Positions 8,267-17,998 of a stretch of DNA of 64,000 bases are shown one piece after another. Positions within the stretch are counted from its first letter, which is position 1. Every line of letters starts with the position of its first letter. The notes under the pieces were generated by a model. It searched no databases. It was not told the origin of the DNA and saw only the letters and a list, made by a program, of their open reading frames with translations. The DNA is from an uncultured Trueperaceae bacterium (GTDB lineage Bacteria; Deinococcota; Deinococci; Deinococcales; Trueperaceae), in the NCBI GenBank assembly GCA_963727505.1, contig CAVSGP010000006.1, positions 32,001 through 96,000 of the forward strand, given 5' to 3'. Made by a program: the position numbers and the translations under genes.

Positions 8267-9960
8267 TCAGGCGCTGAGCCGGAGCGTGCCCGACGCCACC
8301 AGGTCGCCGGGCCGCGGCAGCTCCAGGGCTTCCAGCGGCGCGGGGCGGGCGATGAAGTAGCCCTGGGCCTGGTCGCAGCCGATGCGGCGGATGCTGTCGA
8401 GCTGGCCGCGCGTCTCCACTCCTTCGGCGACGACCGTCTTGCCCAGGGCGTGCCCCAGCGACACCACGGCGGCGACGACGTCGTAGGCGCCGTCGAGGGG
8501 GAGCGTGTCGAGGGCCCGGATGAAGACGCGGTCGAGCTTGAGGATGTCCGCCGGGATCTCGCGCAGGTAGGCCAGCGAGGAGTAGCCGACGCCGAAGTCG
8601 TCGATGGCGATGCGCACGCCCAGGGAGCGCAGGCGCGCGAGGTGCCCCAGGGCCGCGTCCCGGTGCCCGAGCAGCGCTTCCTCGGTGAGCTCGATCTCCA
8701 GAAGTTCAGGGGCGAGTCCCGCGCCGTGGAGCGCCGCCAGGACGTCCTCGGCGAATCCGGGTTGGGCCGCGTGGGAGGGCGAGATGTTGACGCTGACCCG
8801 GGGAGGCTCCCCGCTGCCGTCCGTCGCCGTCCAGGCCGCAGCGTCTCGACATGCCGACGCCAGCACCCAGCGGCCAAGGGTCCCCGTCAGCCCGAGCTCC
8901 TCGGCGAGCTCCACGATCGTGGTCGGCGGCACGGCGCCGAGGTCCTCGTGGCGCCAGCGCAGGAGCGCTTCGAGCGCGGCGGTGCGGCCGGTATCGAGGT
9001 CGACGATGGGCTGGTAGACCAGGGTGAACGCGTCGCCCTCGAGCGCGGCGCCCAGATCGCGGCGCAGGCGCATCCGCTGCGCTTCCTCGCGGCCGCCCTC
9101 GCCGAAGAAGCGCACGCCGTTCTTGCCCTGCCACTTGACGCGGTACATGGCGCTGTCGGCGCGACCGACGAGCTCCTCCACCGTTCGGCCGTCCCGCGGG
9201 AAGAAGCTGATGCCGATACTGGCGCGCATCCGGACCGACCCGGTCCCGACGGCGTGCGGCTCGTTCAGCGCGCCGAGCACGTGCTGCGCGACCGTCATGG
9301 CGTCCTCGGGGCTCTTGATCCCCTTCAGGGCGGCGACGAACTCGTCGCCGCCGAGCCGGCCCACCAGGTCGCCGCCGCGGGTGTGCTCGGTCAGCCGCCG
9401 GGCCACGGACTTCAGGATCTCGTCGCCGGCTTCGTGCCCGAGCGTGTCGTTGATGGCCTTGAAGCGGTCCAGGTCGACGAACATGACGCCGATGACGTCG
9501 GCGTCGACGTCGGAGAGCTCGAGCAGCTCCGCGAGCTGCCGGCTGAGCGAGCTCCGGTTCAGGAGTCCCGTGAGGACGTCTCGATCCGCCTGCGCCTGGA
9601 TGGTGGCGTTCTGATGCTCCAACTTGCGGCGCAGATCCCGCAGGTAGCCGATCAGCCCTCCCAGGCCGAGCGCGACCATGAGCGGGACCACGACGTTGCC
9701 GACGGTGGGCGCCATGGCCAGGAACTGCCAGTAGAGCAGCGTGTTGGCAGCCGTCGTCAGGATCGCCAGGACGACGCCGGCACGCGTGCCGCACAGCCAG
9801 GCCGAACCCATCACGATGGCGAAGCTCACGACCGCCACGGTGCTGCCGATGTGTTGGGTGAGGAACGGGAAGCCGACCACGTAGGCCGCCGGGCCGCGGC
9901 GATGACGGCGTACTTGACCGTACGAACTGCGGTGGGCGAGAGGGCCGACGGGGCTGTCAT
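8267..9960 (-). CDS. Membrane-anchored GGDEF-EAL protein; apparent 1-bp deletion near 9890 separates the likely start (ATG 9960) from the main frame (GTG 9880)
   Basis: RGGD-x5-GGDEF, EAL, IDDFGVGYSS, AEGVE, QGY; N-terminal TM helices; TAGGGT 6 nt before ATG 9960. Confidence 0.88.
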
Positions 9961-9979
9961 GCGATCACCCTAGCGCCAG

Positions 9980-10034
9980 CTCCCTGACGGCGCTCTGATA
10001 GTTCTCTGACGGGTCTCTGACGGCTCTCTGGCGC
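9980..10034 (-). repeat. Five 11-bp-period direct repeats (core GTCAGAG) in the GGDEF-EAL promoter region
   Basis: Plus strand: ctccctgacgg cgctctgatag ttctctgacgg gtctctgacgg ctctctggcgc. Confidence 0.85.
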
Positions 10035-10041
10035 GGTTCGG

Positions 10042-11022
<981 letters not shown>

Positions 11023-11026
11023 GGCC

Positions 11027-12079
11027 TCACGGGACCGCCACCTCGCCGTCCGGCTGTTGCTGGGTCACACAGTGGAAGGCGCCCCCGCCCGTGATGAGAT
11101 GGGCGCTCGGAAGGCCGATCACCTCGCGCCCCGGGAACAACGGGCGCAGCGTCGCCAGCGCGCCCGCGTCGTTCTCGTCATCATAGAGGGGGACCGCCAC
11201 GAAGCCGTTGCCGATGTAGAAGTTGGCGTAGCTGGGTGGCAGCCGGGTGCCTGCGAGCTCCATGCGCCGCCGCGGGAGGGGCAGCGGCACGACCTCGTAG
11301 GGAGCGCCGTCGGAGGCGCGCAGCGCCCGCAGCGCTTCCAGGTTGTGTCTTGTCGGTGCGTGGTTGGGGTCCGCCGGGTCCGGCTCAAGGGCGCATACGA
11401 TCGTCCGGTCGTCGGTGAAGCGCACCAGGGTGTCGATGTGGCCGTCGGTGTGGTCGCCCTCCAACGAGCCCTCCAGCCACACCACGTGCTTCACGCCCAG
11501 GCTGCGGTGGAGTACGCCTTCCACGTCGCGCTCGCCGAGCGCCGGGTTGCGCTCGCGCGAGAGAAGGCAGGAGCGCGTGGTCAGGCAGACGCCCTCGCCG
11601 TTCACCTCCAGCGAGCCCCCCTCCATCACGTAGGGCACCTCGAACCGACGCATGCCGAGGCGACGCGCCACCGCTCGGGGGGCGCGATCGTCGTCGTCCC
11701 AGGGCGCGTACTTGCCCCCCCAGGCGTTGAAGCGCCAGTCGGTGAGCGCCACCGTGCCGCGGGCGTCCACCACGAAGATGGGGCCGTTGTCGCGGAACCA
11801 GGCGTCGTTGAGCGGCAACCGGTGGAAGGTGATGCGCTCGAGGGGCGCTCCCAGCGCTCGGAGGCGCCGACGAGCGTCGGCCTCGGCCTCCTCGTCGCGG
11901 ACGTTCACGATCACCGGCTCGAAGCGGGCCACGGTGGCGACCAGCCCCCCCATGTCGCGACGGACGCCGTCCAGCTGACCTTCCCAGAGAACGTCGTCGA
12001 AAGGCCAACTGGTCCAGGTGGCGGCGTGCGGCGTCCACTCGGGGGGCATCGAGAATCCCAGTTCGGCGGGGGTCGGCAT
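11027..12079 (-). CDS. aguA: Agmatine deiminase
   Basis: MPPEWTPH, NDAWFRDNGP, FNAWGGKY, MEGGS, DHTDGHID, GGGAFHCVTQQ. Confidence 0.93.
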   Translation of the reverse strand: MPTPAELGFSMPPEWTPHAATWTSWPFDDVLWEGQLDGVRRDMGGLVATVARFEPVIVNVRDEEAEADARRRLRALGAPLERITFHRLPLNDAWFRDNGPIFVVDARGTVALTDWRFNAWGGKYAPWDDDDRAPRAVARRLGMRRFEVPYVMEGGSLEVNGEGVCLTTRSCLLSRERNPALGERDVEGVLHRSLGVKHVVWLEGSLEGDHTDGHIDTLVRFTDDRTIVCALEPDPADPNHAPTRHNLEALRALRASDGAPYEVVPLPLPRRRMELAGTRLPPSYANFYIGNGFVAVPLYDDENDAGALATLRPLFPGREVIGLPSAHLITGGGAFHCVTQQQPDGEVAVP

Positions 12080-12361
12080 GCTCAACGATGCTATCAGAGC
12101 CGGCCCGGAGGCCCGTCGACGGGCCTCCGGCGGGGCTGGCGCTGCAGCGGATGGGACTTCCGGGCGCTGCGGCTCCCGTGTCGATACGCCTTTCGAGCAC
12201 ACCCCGGACGTGCTAGAGTACGCGCGCTCGACGCTCGTTCGAGCTCGCGACGAGGCGCGCCTGCAAGGCGCCGCGACGATCGCGAGGGCGAGCGGCGAGG
12301 GCGCGGCCGCGGCCGCGCGGCGCAGGGTCCTGCGCCGCCCGCGTGCGCCGGGAGGGCCCGA

Positions 12362-14290
12362 TTGAACCACCCCAGCAAGCCTGCCAAGCCCACCGAGCCG
12401 ATCTTCAAGGTGACGGACGCCGTCGAGCTGTACGGGGTCCGCACCTGGTCCAACGGCTACTTCGACATCTCCGACCAGGGCGAGCTCACCGTCTCGGTAC
12501 GCGAGTCGGGTTCGGTGTCCCTCAAACGCATCGTGGACGACCTTCGCACCTCCGGGCACGCGCTGCCCGTGATCCTGCGCTTCCCGGATGTGCTCGAGGA
12601 TCGTATCGATCGCATCAACACCGCGTTCGCCGACGCCATCGCCGAGGCCGGGTACGAGGGCCGTTACCAGGGCGTGTTCCCGATCAAGGTCAATCAGCGC
12701 CGGGTGGTGGTGGAGACCGTCGCGACCTACGGAGAGAACTACCGGACCGGCCTGGAGGCAGGCAGCAAGGCGGAGCTGGCGCTGGCGCTGGCACAGGAGG
12801 GGCACCCCGAGGCGCTGTTGTGCTGCAACGGCTTCAAGGATGACGACTTCATCCGGCTGGCGCTGTGGGGGCGCAAGCTCGGTCGCAACGTGATCATCAC
12901 GCTCGAGAAGTACTCCGAGCTCGAGCGCGTCTTGCGTATCAGCCGGGAGATGGGCGTGCGGCCGGTGCTGGGCGCGCGCTTCAAGCTACACGCTCGCGGC
13001 AGCGGCCAGTGGGAGGCCTCGGGCGGCGACGACGCCAAGTTCGGCCTCACGTCCGCGGAGCTGCTCAACGTTGCGCGCCGGCTCAAGGAGGAGGGCCTGG
13101 GCGACGCGCTGGAGCTTCTCCACTGCCACGTCGGCAGCCAGCTCACCGACATCCGGCGCATCCGCGTGGCGGTGCGCGAGGCCGCGCAGGCCTACGTCGA
13201 GCTGGCCGAGATGGGGGTAGGCGCCAAGTACCTCGACGTGGGGGGCGGACTGGCGGTCGACTACGACGGCAGCAAGACCACCTTCTACGTCTCGGCCAAC
13301 TACGGTCTGCGCGAGTACGCCGACACGGTCGTCTACACCGTCATGGAGGCCTGCCAGGAGTGGGAAGTGCCGCAGCCCACGCTGGTGACCGAGTCCGGGC
13401 GCGCCCTGACCGCGCACCATGCCGTGCTGGTGCTGCCGGTCATCGATGCCATCGGGCCGACGCGGGATACCCTCGAGCTGCCGGAGCTCGAAGGCGAGGT
13501 GCACTCCCTGATCCGCGACATGCGCGATTCGTTGGAGGACGTCACCGTCAAGACCTATCGAGAGGTCTACAACGAGGCGGTCAGCAACAAGGACACCATG
13601 CACAGCCTCTTCGACCTGGGCTACCTCAGCCTGCTGGAGCGCGCGCACTTCGAGCAGCTCTTCAACCGCATCATGGTGCGCGTGGCGAAGGTCGTGGAGA
13701 ACCTGGAGTACGTACCCGACGAGTTCGAGGCCCTGCCGCGGCACCTCGCCGACAAGTACGTCGTCAACTTCAGCGTCTTCCAGAGCCTCCCCGACCACTG
13801 GGCGATCCACCAGCTCTTCCCGATCATGCCGCTGCACCGGCTCGCCGAGCGCCCCACCCGCAACGCCACGCTGGTCGACATCAGTTGCGACTCCGATGGC
13901 AAGATCGACCGCTTCATCGACCTTCGCGATGTGAAGAGCACCCTGCCCGTTCACGAGTTGCGCCGGGGCGAGCCCTACTACCTGGCCGCTTTCCTGACCG
14001 GCGCCTACCAGGACGTGCTGGCCAACGCGCACAATCTGTTCGGGCGCGTCAGCGAGGCCCACATCCGGCTGGAGGGGGAGGATTACCGGCTCGAACGCTT
14101 CGTCAACGGCCAGAAGGCGCGTCGCGTCATCGAGAACATGGGCTACGAGACGCCGCTGCTGCACGGTGCCATGGCCCGGCTCGCCGGGGAACGGGCCGCG
14201 GCGGGGACGCTCAGCGAGGAGGAGCGCGCCGAGTTGTTGGAGCTCTACGACGCCGAGCTGGTGGGCTACACCTACCTGGAGGCGCTGTGA
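12362..14290 (+). CDS. speA: Biosynthetic arginine decarboxylase
   Basis: GVFPIKVNQ (PLP lysine), LEAGSKAEL, HCHVGSQ, DVGGGL, TESGRA, DISCDSDG; TTG start after GGAGG. Confidence 0.95.
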   Translation: MNHPSKPAKPTEPIFKVTDAVELYGVRTWSNGYFDISDQGELTVSVRESGSVSLKRIVDDLRTSGHALPVILRFPDVLEDRIDRINTAFADAIAEAGYEGRYQGVFPIKVNQRRVVVETVATYGENYRTGLEAGSKAELALALAQEGHPEALLCCNGFKDDDFIRLALWGRKLGRNVIITLEKYSELERVLRISREMGVRPVLGARFKLHARGSGQWEASGGDDAKFGLTSAELLNVARRLKEEGLGDALELLHCHVGSQLTDIRRIRVAVREAAQAYVELAEMGVGAKYLDVGGGLAVDYDGSKTTFYVSANYGLREYADTVVYTVMEACQEWEVPQPTLVTESGRALTAHHAVLVLPVIDAIGPTRDTLELPELEGEVHSLIRDMRDSLEDVTVKTYREVYNEAVSNKDTMHSLFDLGYLSLLERAHFEQLFNRIMVRVAKVVENLEYVPDEFEALPRHLADKYVVNFSVFQSLPDHWAIHQLFPIMPLHRLAERPTRNATLVDISCDSDGKIDRFIDLRDVKSTLPVHELRRGEPYYLAAFLTGAYQDVLANAHNLFGRVSEAHIRLEGEDYRLERFVNGQKARRVIENMGYETPLLHGAMARLAGERAAAGTLSEEERAELLELYDAELVGYTYLEAL

Positions 14291-14748
14291 GCGGCGGCGA
14301 GTCGCGCCTTCAGGCGGGGCGGCGTCCCATCGCCGGCGCTGTGCTGTGGAACCCCGATGGCACCGTTCTGCTGCAGCACCGCGATGACGTTCCCGGTGTG
14401 AAGGACGCCGGCAAGTGGTCGCTGTTCGGAGGTGGGATCGAGCCCGGCGAGGATCCCGAGACGGCCATGCTGCGCGAGCTCGACGAGGAGATCGGCTACC
14501 GGCCGGCGCGCTACCATCCCTTCCTGGTGCTGCGGGCGCGTGAGGCGGACTTCCACCTGTTCCTGGCGGTCATCGAGGAACCCCTCGGACGGCTTCGGCT
14601 CACCGAGGGGCAGGGCTTCGCCTACCTCGCGCCGGAGGCCGCGCTCGCCGGCTACGACCTGTCCGATACGGCGCGCACGGCCCTGGGTGCGCTGCAGCTC
14701 TACCGAGACTTCCGCGCCGGTCAGGGCCTGACCGGACCGATCGATTGA
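14287..14748 (+). CDS. NUDIX hydrolase
   Basis: Nudix box GGIEPGEDPETAMLRELDEEIG; GTG overlaps the speA stop. Confidence 0.88.
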   Translation: MSGGESRLQAGRRPIAGAVLWNPDGTVLLQHRDDVPGVKDAGKWSLFGGGIEPGEDPETAMLRELDEEIGYRPARYHPFLVLRAREADFHLFLAVIEEPLGRLRLTEGQGFAYLAPEAALAGYDLSDTARTALGALQLYRDFRAGQGLTGPID

Positions 14749-14820
14749 ACGCCTGCGGGCTCCCCACGCAGCCCATTTTGCCCGTTTCGGGGGTGTGGGA
14801 GGGCGTTCAGGCGCAACGCC

Positions 14821-14849
14821 TTGACGAATAGCGAATACCGGGGTATCTT
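14821..14849 (+). promoter_or_regulatory. Orphan sigma70-like promoter in a convergent intergenic region
   Basis: TTGACG-17 nt-TATCTT in an AT-enriched patch. Confidence 0.65.
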
Positions 14850-14857
14850 GACTTTAT

Positions 14858-14886
14858 AGGCGCTCGGGCAGAGCGCTTCTTTTTTT
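14858..14886 (+). terminator. Intrinsic terminator
   Basis: AGGCGCTC-gggca-GAGCGCTT followed by CTTTTTTT. Confidence 0.8.
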
Positions 14887-14981
14887 GCTCCTGCAATCTC
14901 AGAGTGCGCGCCTCCCCACCTGCGCGCCTGTCCCCGTGCGCCTCGTCCCTGCGCACGCTTCCCGTGCCGCCCTCGTCGAGG

Positions 14982-15734
14982 TCAGAACGTGACGGCGTCG
15001 CCGTCCGCGCCCAGCGTGATGTCGGGGAAGTACTTGCGGGCTTCATCGAGCGTGGAGTTGCCCAGGGCGCGGTTGGGCGCGATGTGGACCAGGCGCAAGC
15101 GCTTGGCGCCGGCGCGCGCCGCCAGCTTGGCGGCGTCGGTCGCGCTGGAGTGCCCAGGGCCCTCGCCCGTTGCCTCGTGCACCAGCAGATCGGCCTCATG
15201 GGCCAGCCGCTCGATCGCCTCGCACGGCTCGGTGTCGGACGAGTAGGTCACCACCCCGCCACCGGCGCGATCGCGGATGCGTAGCCCCGTCACGGGAACC
15301 GCGTGGCACCCCGGGGCCGCCGTGATCTCCCAGTCGTCGTCGACCAGCACGGCTGCGCCCTCATCGAGAGCGACCTCGTGGTAGCGCACCTCGGGATAGC
15401 CCGGCCAGTTGGAGGTATCGAAGGCGTCGTGGAGCTTCCGGACCTGCCCGATGGCGGGCGCGATGCCGTAGACGTCGAGCGGGCGCGACCGACCCGCCAG
15501 CCACAGCCGTTCCATCATCAGCGGGAAGCCCGAGACGTGGTCGGCGTGCTCGTGGGTCACGATCAGGGCGGACACGCGATCGAGGTCGATCTCGTGGGCG
15601 AGCAGCCAGCGCACCACGTCGCCGCCGCAGTCGATCACGACCACCGAACGCGGGCCGGAAACGGCCAGCATGGTCGTCGTGCGATCCGCGGCCGAGAAGG
15701 CCGCGCCCGTTCCCAGAAGATGCAGCGTTGCCAC
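14982..15734 (-). CDS. MBL-fold metallo-hydrolase, RNase Z-like
   Basis: LLGTG, IDCG, THEHADH, YSSDT, LVHEAT, RLVH; GTG after GGAGG. Confidence 0.85.
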   Translation of the reverse strand: MATLHLLGTGAAFSAADRTTTMLAVSGPRSVVVIDCGGDVVRWLLAHEIDLDRVSALIVTHEHADHVSGFPLMMERLWLAGRSRPLDVYGIAPAIGQVRKLHDAFDTSNWPGYPEVRYHEVALDEGAAVLVDDDWEITAAPGCHAVPVTGLRIRDRAGGGVVTYSSDTEPCEAIERLAHEADLLVHEATGEGPGHSSATDAAKLAARAGAKRLRLVHIAPNRALGNSTLDEARKYFPDITLGADGDAVTF

Positions 15735-15949
15735 CGAAGCCTCCATGCGAAGAGCCGATCCCCCTTGAAGGCGACCGGCCCCGGTCGGCCCCGAGCCGCC
15801 CCCGATACCGCGGCTGGTCGGTCTTCGCTGCGGGTCATGATAGCTCCGCCAAGGGCGGCGAAGCGGGCCGCTGACACACCGGTCGAGTGGTCGCGCCGAT
15901 CGTCCGGTCCTCCGGGGGAAGCGCGCTCCGTCGATCGCGCTCGTGTCGG

Positions 15950-15981
15950 TAACGCTCCAATAACGCTCGCTTCGCTAGGCT
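15950..15981 (+). promoter_or_regulatory. Direct repeat TAACGCTC x2 (11-bp period) plus -10 TAGGCT upstream of the lipoprotein
   Basis: TAACGCTC at 15950 and 15961; TAGGCT at 15976. Confidence 0.55.
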
Positions 15982-16010
15982 TCCGTCGTCCACGGACGAA
16001 AGGAGCGACC

Positions 16011-17726
16011 ATGAAGATGAGGTTCACGGTTCTTCTGCTCGCCATCGCTCCCATCGTGGCGGTGCTCACAGCCTGTCCGCCCGTCCAACAAACAGGTTCG
16101 GGTGGCACCGGGGCCTGCGTCTCCCCGACGACCCTCGCCAGCAGCATCGATACGCCGACGACGCTGACGGCCGGCTGTTACGAGGCGACCTCCGACGTCC
16201 AGGTGTCGGCGGCATTGACCCTCTTGCCTGGCGTCACCATCGAGTTCGCGCAGGACACCGAGATGGACATCGTGACCAATGCCAACAGCCAGCCGACGGG
16301 CTCGCTCACTGCCGTCGGCACCTCCGGGTCGGGGAACGGCATCGTTCTCCGCGGCGTCAACGATTCGCCCGGCGAATGGGCGGGGGTCAACTTCTACACG
16401 AACAACGCCAAGAACCACCTGGAGTACGTCGAGATCCGTGACACCGGTGATCAGAGCTACGGCAACGGAGACGGCATCTTCGTGGCATCCGGCCTCCCGT
16501 TCACCATGAAGCACAGCACCATCGACGACGGCATGGGGATCGGCCTGGCGTTCGACGCCGGCACGTCGGCCGGTGACCTCACACTGCAGGCCAACACCTA
16601 CGACAACCTGGCGGACTTCCCCGTCAGCCTGCCCGCGAACGCCGTCGGGGCCCTCGACGCCAACAGCGTCTACACGAACAACGCCAAGAACGCCGTCGAG
16701 GTCTTCGGCGGGAGCGTGGGCCTGGCGCAGCAGTGGGCGCATCTGGCCGCTCCCTACCGGGTCGACTGGTTCGTGTCGGTGGACGCGTCCCTCGCGATCG
16801 CAGCCGGAACGACCCTCGAGTTCACCAACGGCAGCTACATCGACGTCAACAACTCGAGCAGTGGGACGGTCGAGCTGACGGCCGTCGGGACGTCGACCGA
16901 CAGGATCAACTTCGTCGGTGCCGGCAATCCGGCCGACACCTGGGGCGGCATCAACCTCAATACGGGTTCGGCAGGTGACATCGAGTATGCGACGGTTCGC
17001 GACGCCGGCGGTACCGGTGCTGCCTTGAATGCCGCCATCAACGTCTTCAGCGGCGTGCCGTTCACGCTCGAGCATGCCGTCGTCGACCAGAGCGCGGCCG
17101 AGGGCGTGGCCTTCGACGCGGGAACCGTCCTCACCGACCTCACCCTCCAGGCCAACACCTACAGCAACAACGCGAGCTTCCCCGTCAGCGTGACGACGGA
17201 CGGCGCCGGCGCGCTCGATCCGAACAGCCAGTACGTCAACAACACCGACAACCGGGTCGAGGTGTTCGGGAACTCGCTCACCCACACTCAGACCTGGCAC
17301 CACCTGGGAGCGCAGTACTACATCGACGGGTTGCCCACCATCGATGCTGCCCTTACGATCGATCCGGCCACCACGATCCAGGTCGATCCCGGCGTCACCA
17401 TCGATGTCGGCACGGGCACGTTGACGGCCGACGGGGGGTCCTCCTCGACGATGATCACCTTCACGACCGGGGTCGCCGGTAGCACCTGGAACGGGATCGA
17501 CTTCTTCACTGCCAACAACGTCCTCAACTACGTTGTCGTCGACGAGGCCGATAGTTCGGGCTCCGGTGAGGTCTTCACCCGGGTTCCCGGCGTCCAGATC
17601 AGCAACAGCACGTTCCAGAACAGCCCGGACAAGGCGATCTGCTGGGATGTGAACGCCCAGCCCACGACCTCCAACCTCACCTACATCAGCGTCGACAGCA
17701 CGTCCACCACGGGCTGCCTGCCCTGA
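16011..17726 (+). CDS. Predicted lipoprotein with about 2.7 internal repeats of ~190 aa, parallel beta-helix-like
   Basis: AGGAG RBS; MKMRFTVLLLAIAPIVAVLTAC signal/lipobox; repeated LTAVGT...W.G..F and AFDAGT...DLTLQANTY...FPVS; N/T/S/G/D-rich. Confidence 0.8.
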   Translation: MKMRFTVLLLAIAPIVAVLTACPPVQQTGSGGTGACVSPTTLASSIDTPTTLTAGCYEATSDVQVSAALTLLPGVTIEFAQDTEMDIVTNANSQPTGSLTAVGTSGSGNGIVLRGVNDSPGEWAGVNFYTNNAKNHLEYVEIRDTGDQSYGNGDGIFVASGLPFTMKHSTIDDGMGIGLAFDAGTSAGDLTLQANTYDNLADFPVSLPANAVGALDANSVYTNNAKNAVEVFGGSVGLAQQWAHLAAPYRVDWFVSVDASLAIAAGTTLEFTNGSYIDVNNSSSGTVELTAVGTSTDRINFVGAGNPADTWGGINLNTGSAGDIEYATVRDAGGTGAALNAAINVFSGVPFTLEHAVVDQSAAEGVAFDAGTVLTDLTLQANTYSNNASFPVSVTTDGAGALDPNSQYVNNTDNRVEVFGNSLTHTQTWHHLGAQYYIDGLPTIDAALTIDPATTIQVDPGVTIDVGTGTLTADGGSSSTMITFTTGVAGSTWNGIDFFTANNVLNYVVVDEADSSGSGEVFTRVPGVQISNSTFQNSPDKAICWDVNAQPTTSNLTYISVDSTSTTGCLP

Positions 17727-17747
17727 TTGCCAAGAACCCTTCGACAA

Positions 17748-17773
17748 GGTTGGGCCGGCATGCCGGCCCAACC
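17748..17773. repeat. Perfect 26-bp palindrome between the lipoprotein and the small ORF
   Basis: GGTTGGGCCGGCA-TGCCGGCCCAACC. Confidence 0.85.
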
Positions 17774-17792
17774 CCTCCTCGGAGCGAACGAT

Positions 17793-17981
17793 GTGACAAC
17801 ACACCACGGAAGCCACACCTACGTGCTTCGTATCTGGAGCGAGAGGGAGCACGGTCGCCCTCCGGCCTTCCGTGCGGCTCTGACGGACGTGGCGACCAAG
17901 GAGACCCACTACTTCTCCGATGCGCTCGCCCTGGTCCGCCATCTGCGTGAGCTGCGCCCGGGGGGCGTTCGGCCGGGGTGA
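17793..17981 (+). CDS. Small hypothetical protein (62 aa)
   Basis: GGAG RBS, GTG start; TYVLRIWSE...FRAALTDVATKETHYFSD..AL pattern; GC-rich third positions. Confidence 0.7.
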   Translation: MTTHHGSHTYVLRIWSEREHGRPPAFRAALTDVATKETHYFSDALALVRHLRELRPGGVRPG

Positions 17982-17998
17982 GGCCTCGACCGCCGCTC

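Noticed and set aside
14746..14812. SRP RNA, 6S RNA or tRNA in the convergent gap
   Set aside because: No SRP domain IV motif, too short for 6S, and no cloverleaf or T-loop
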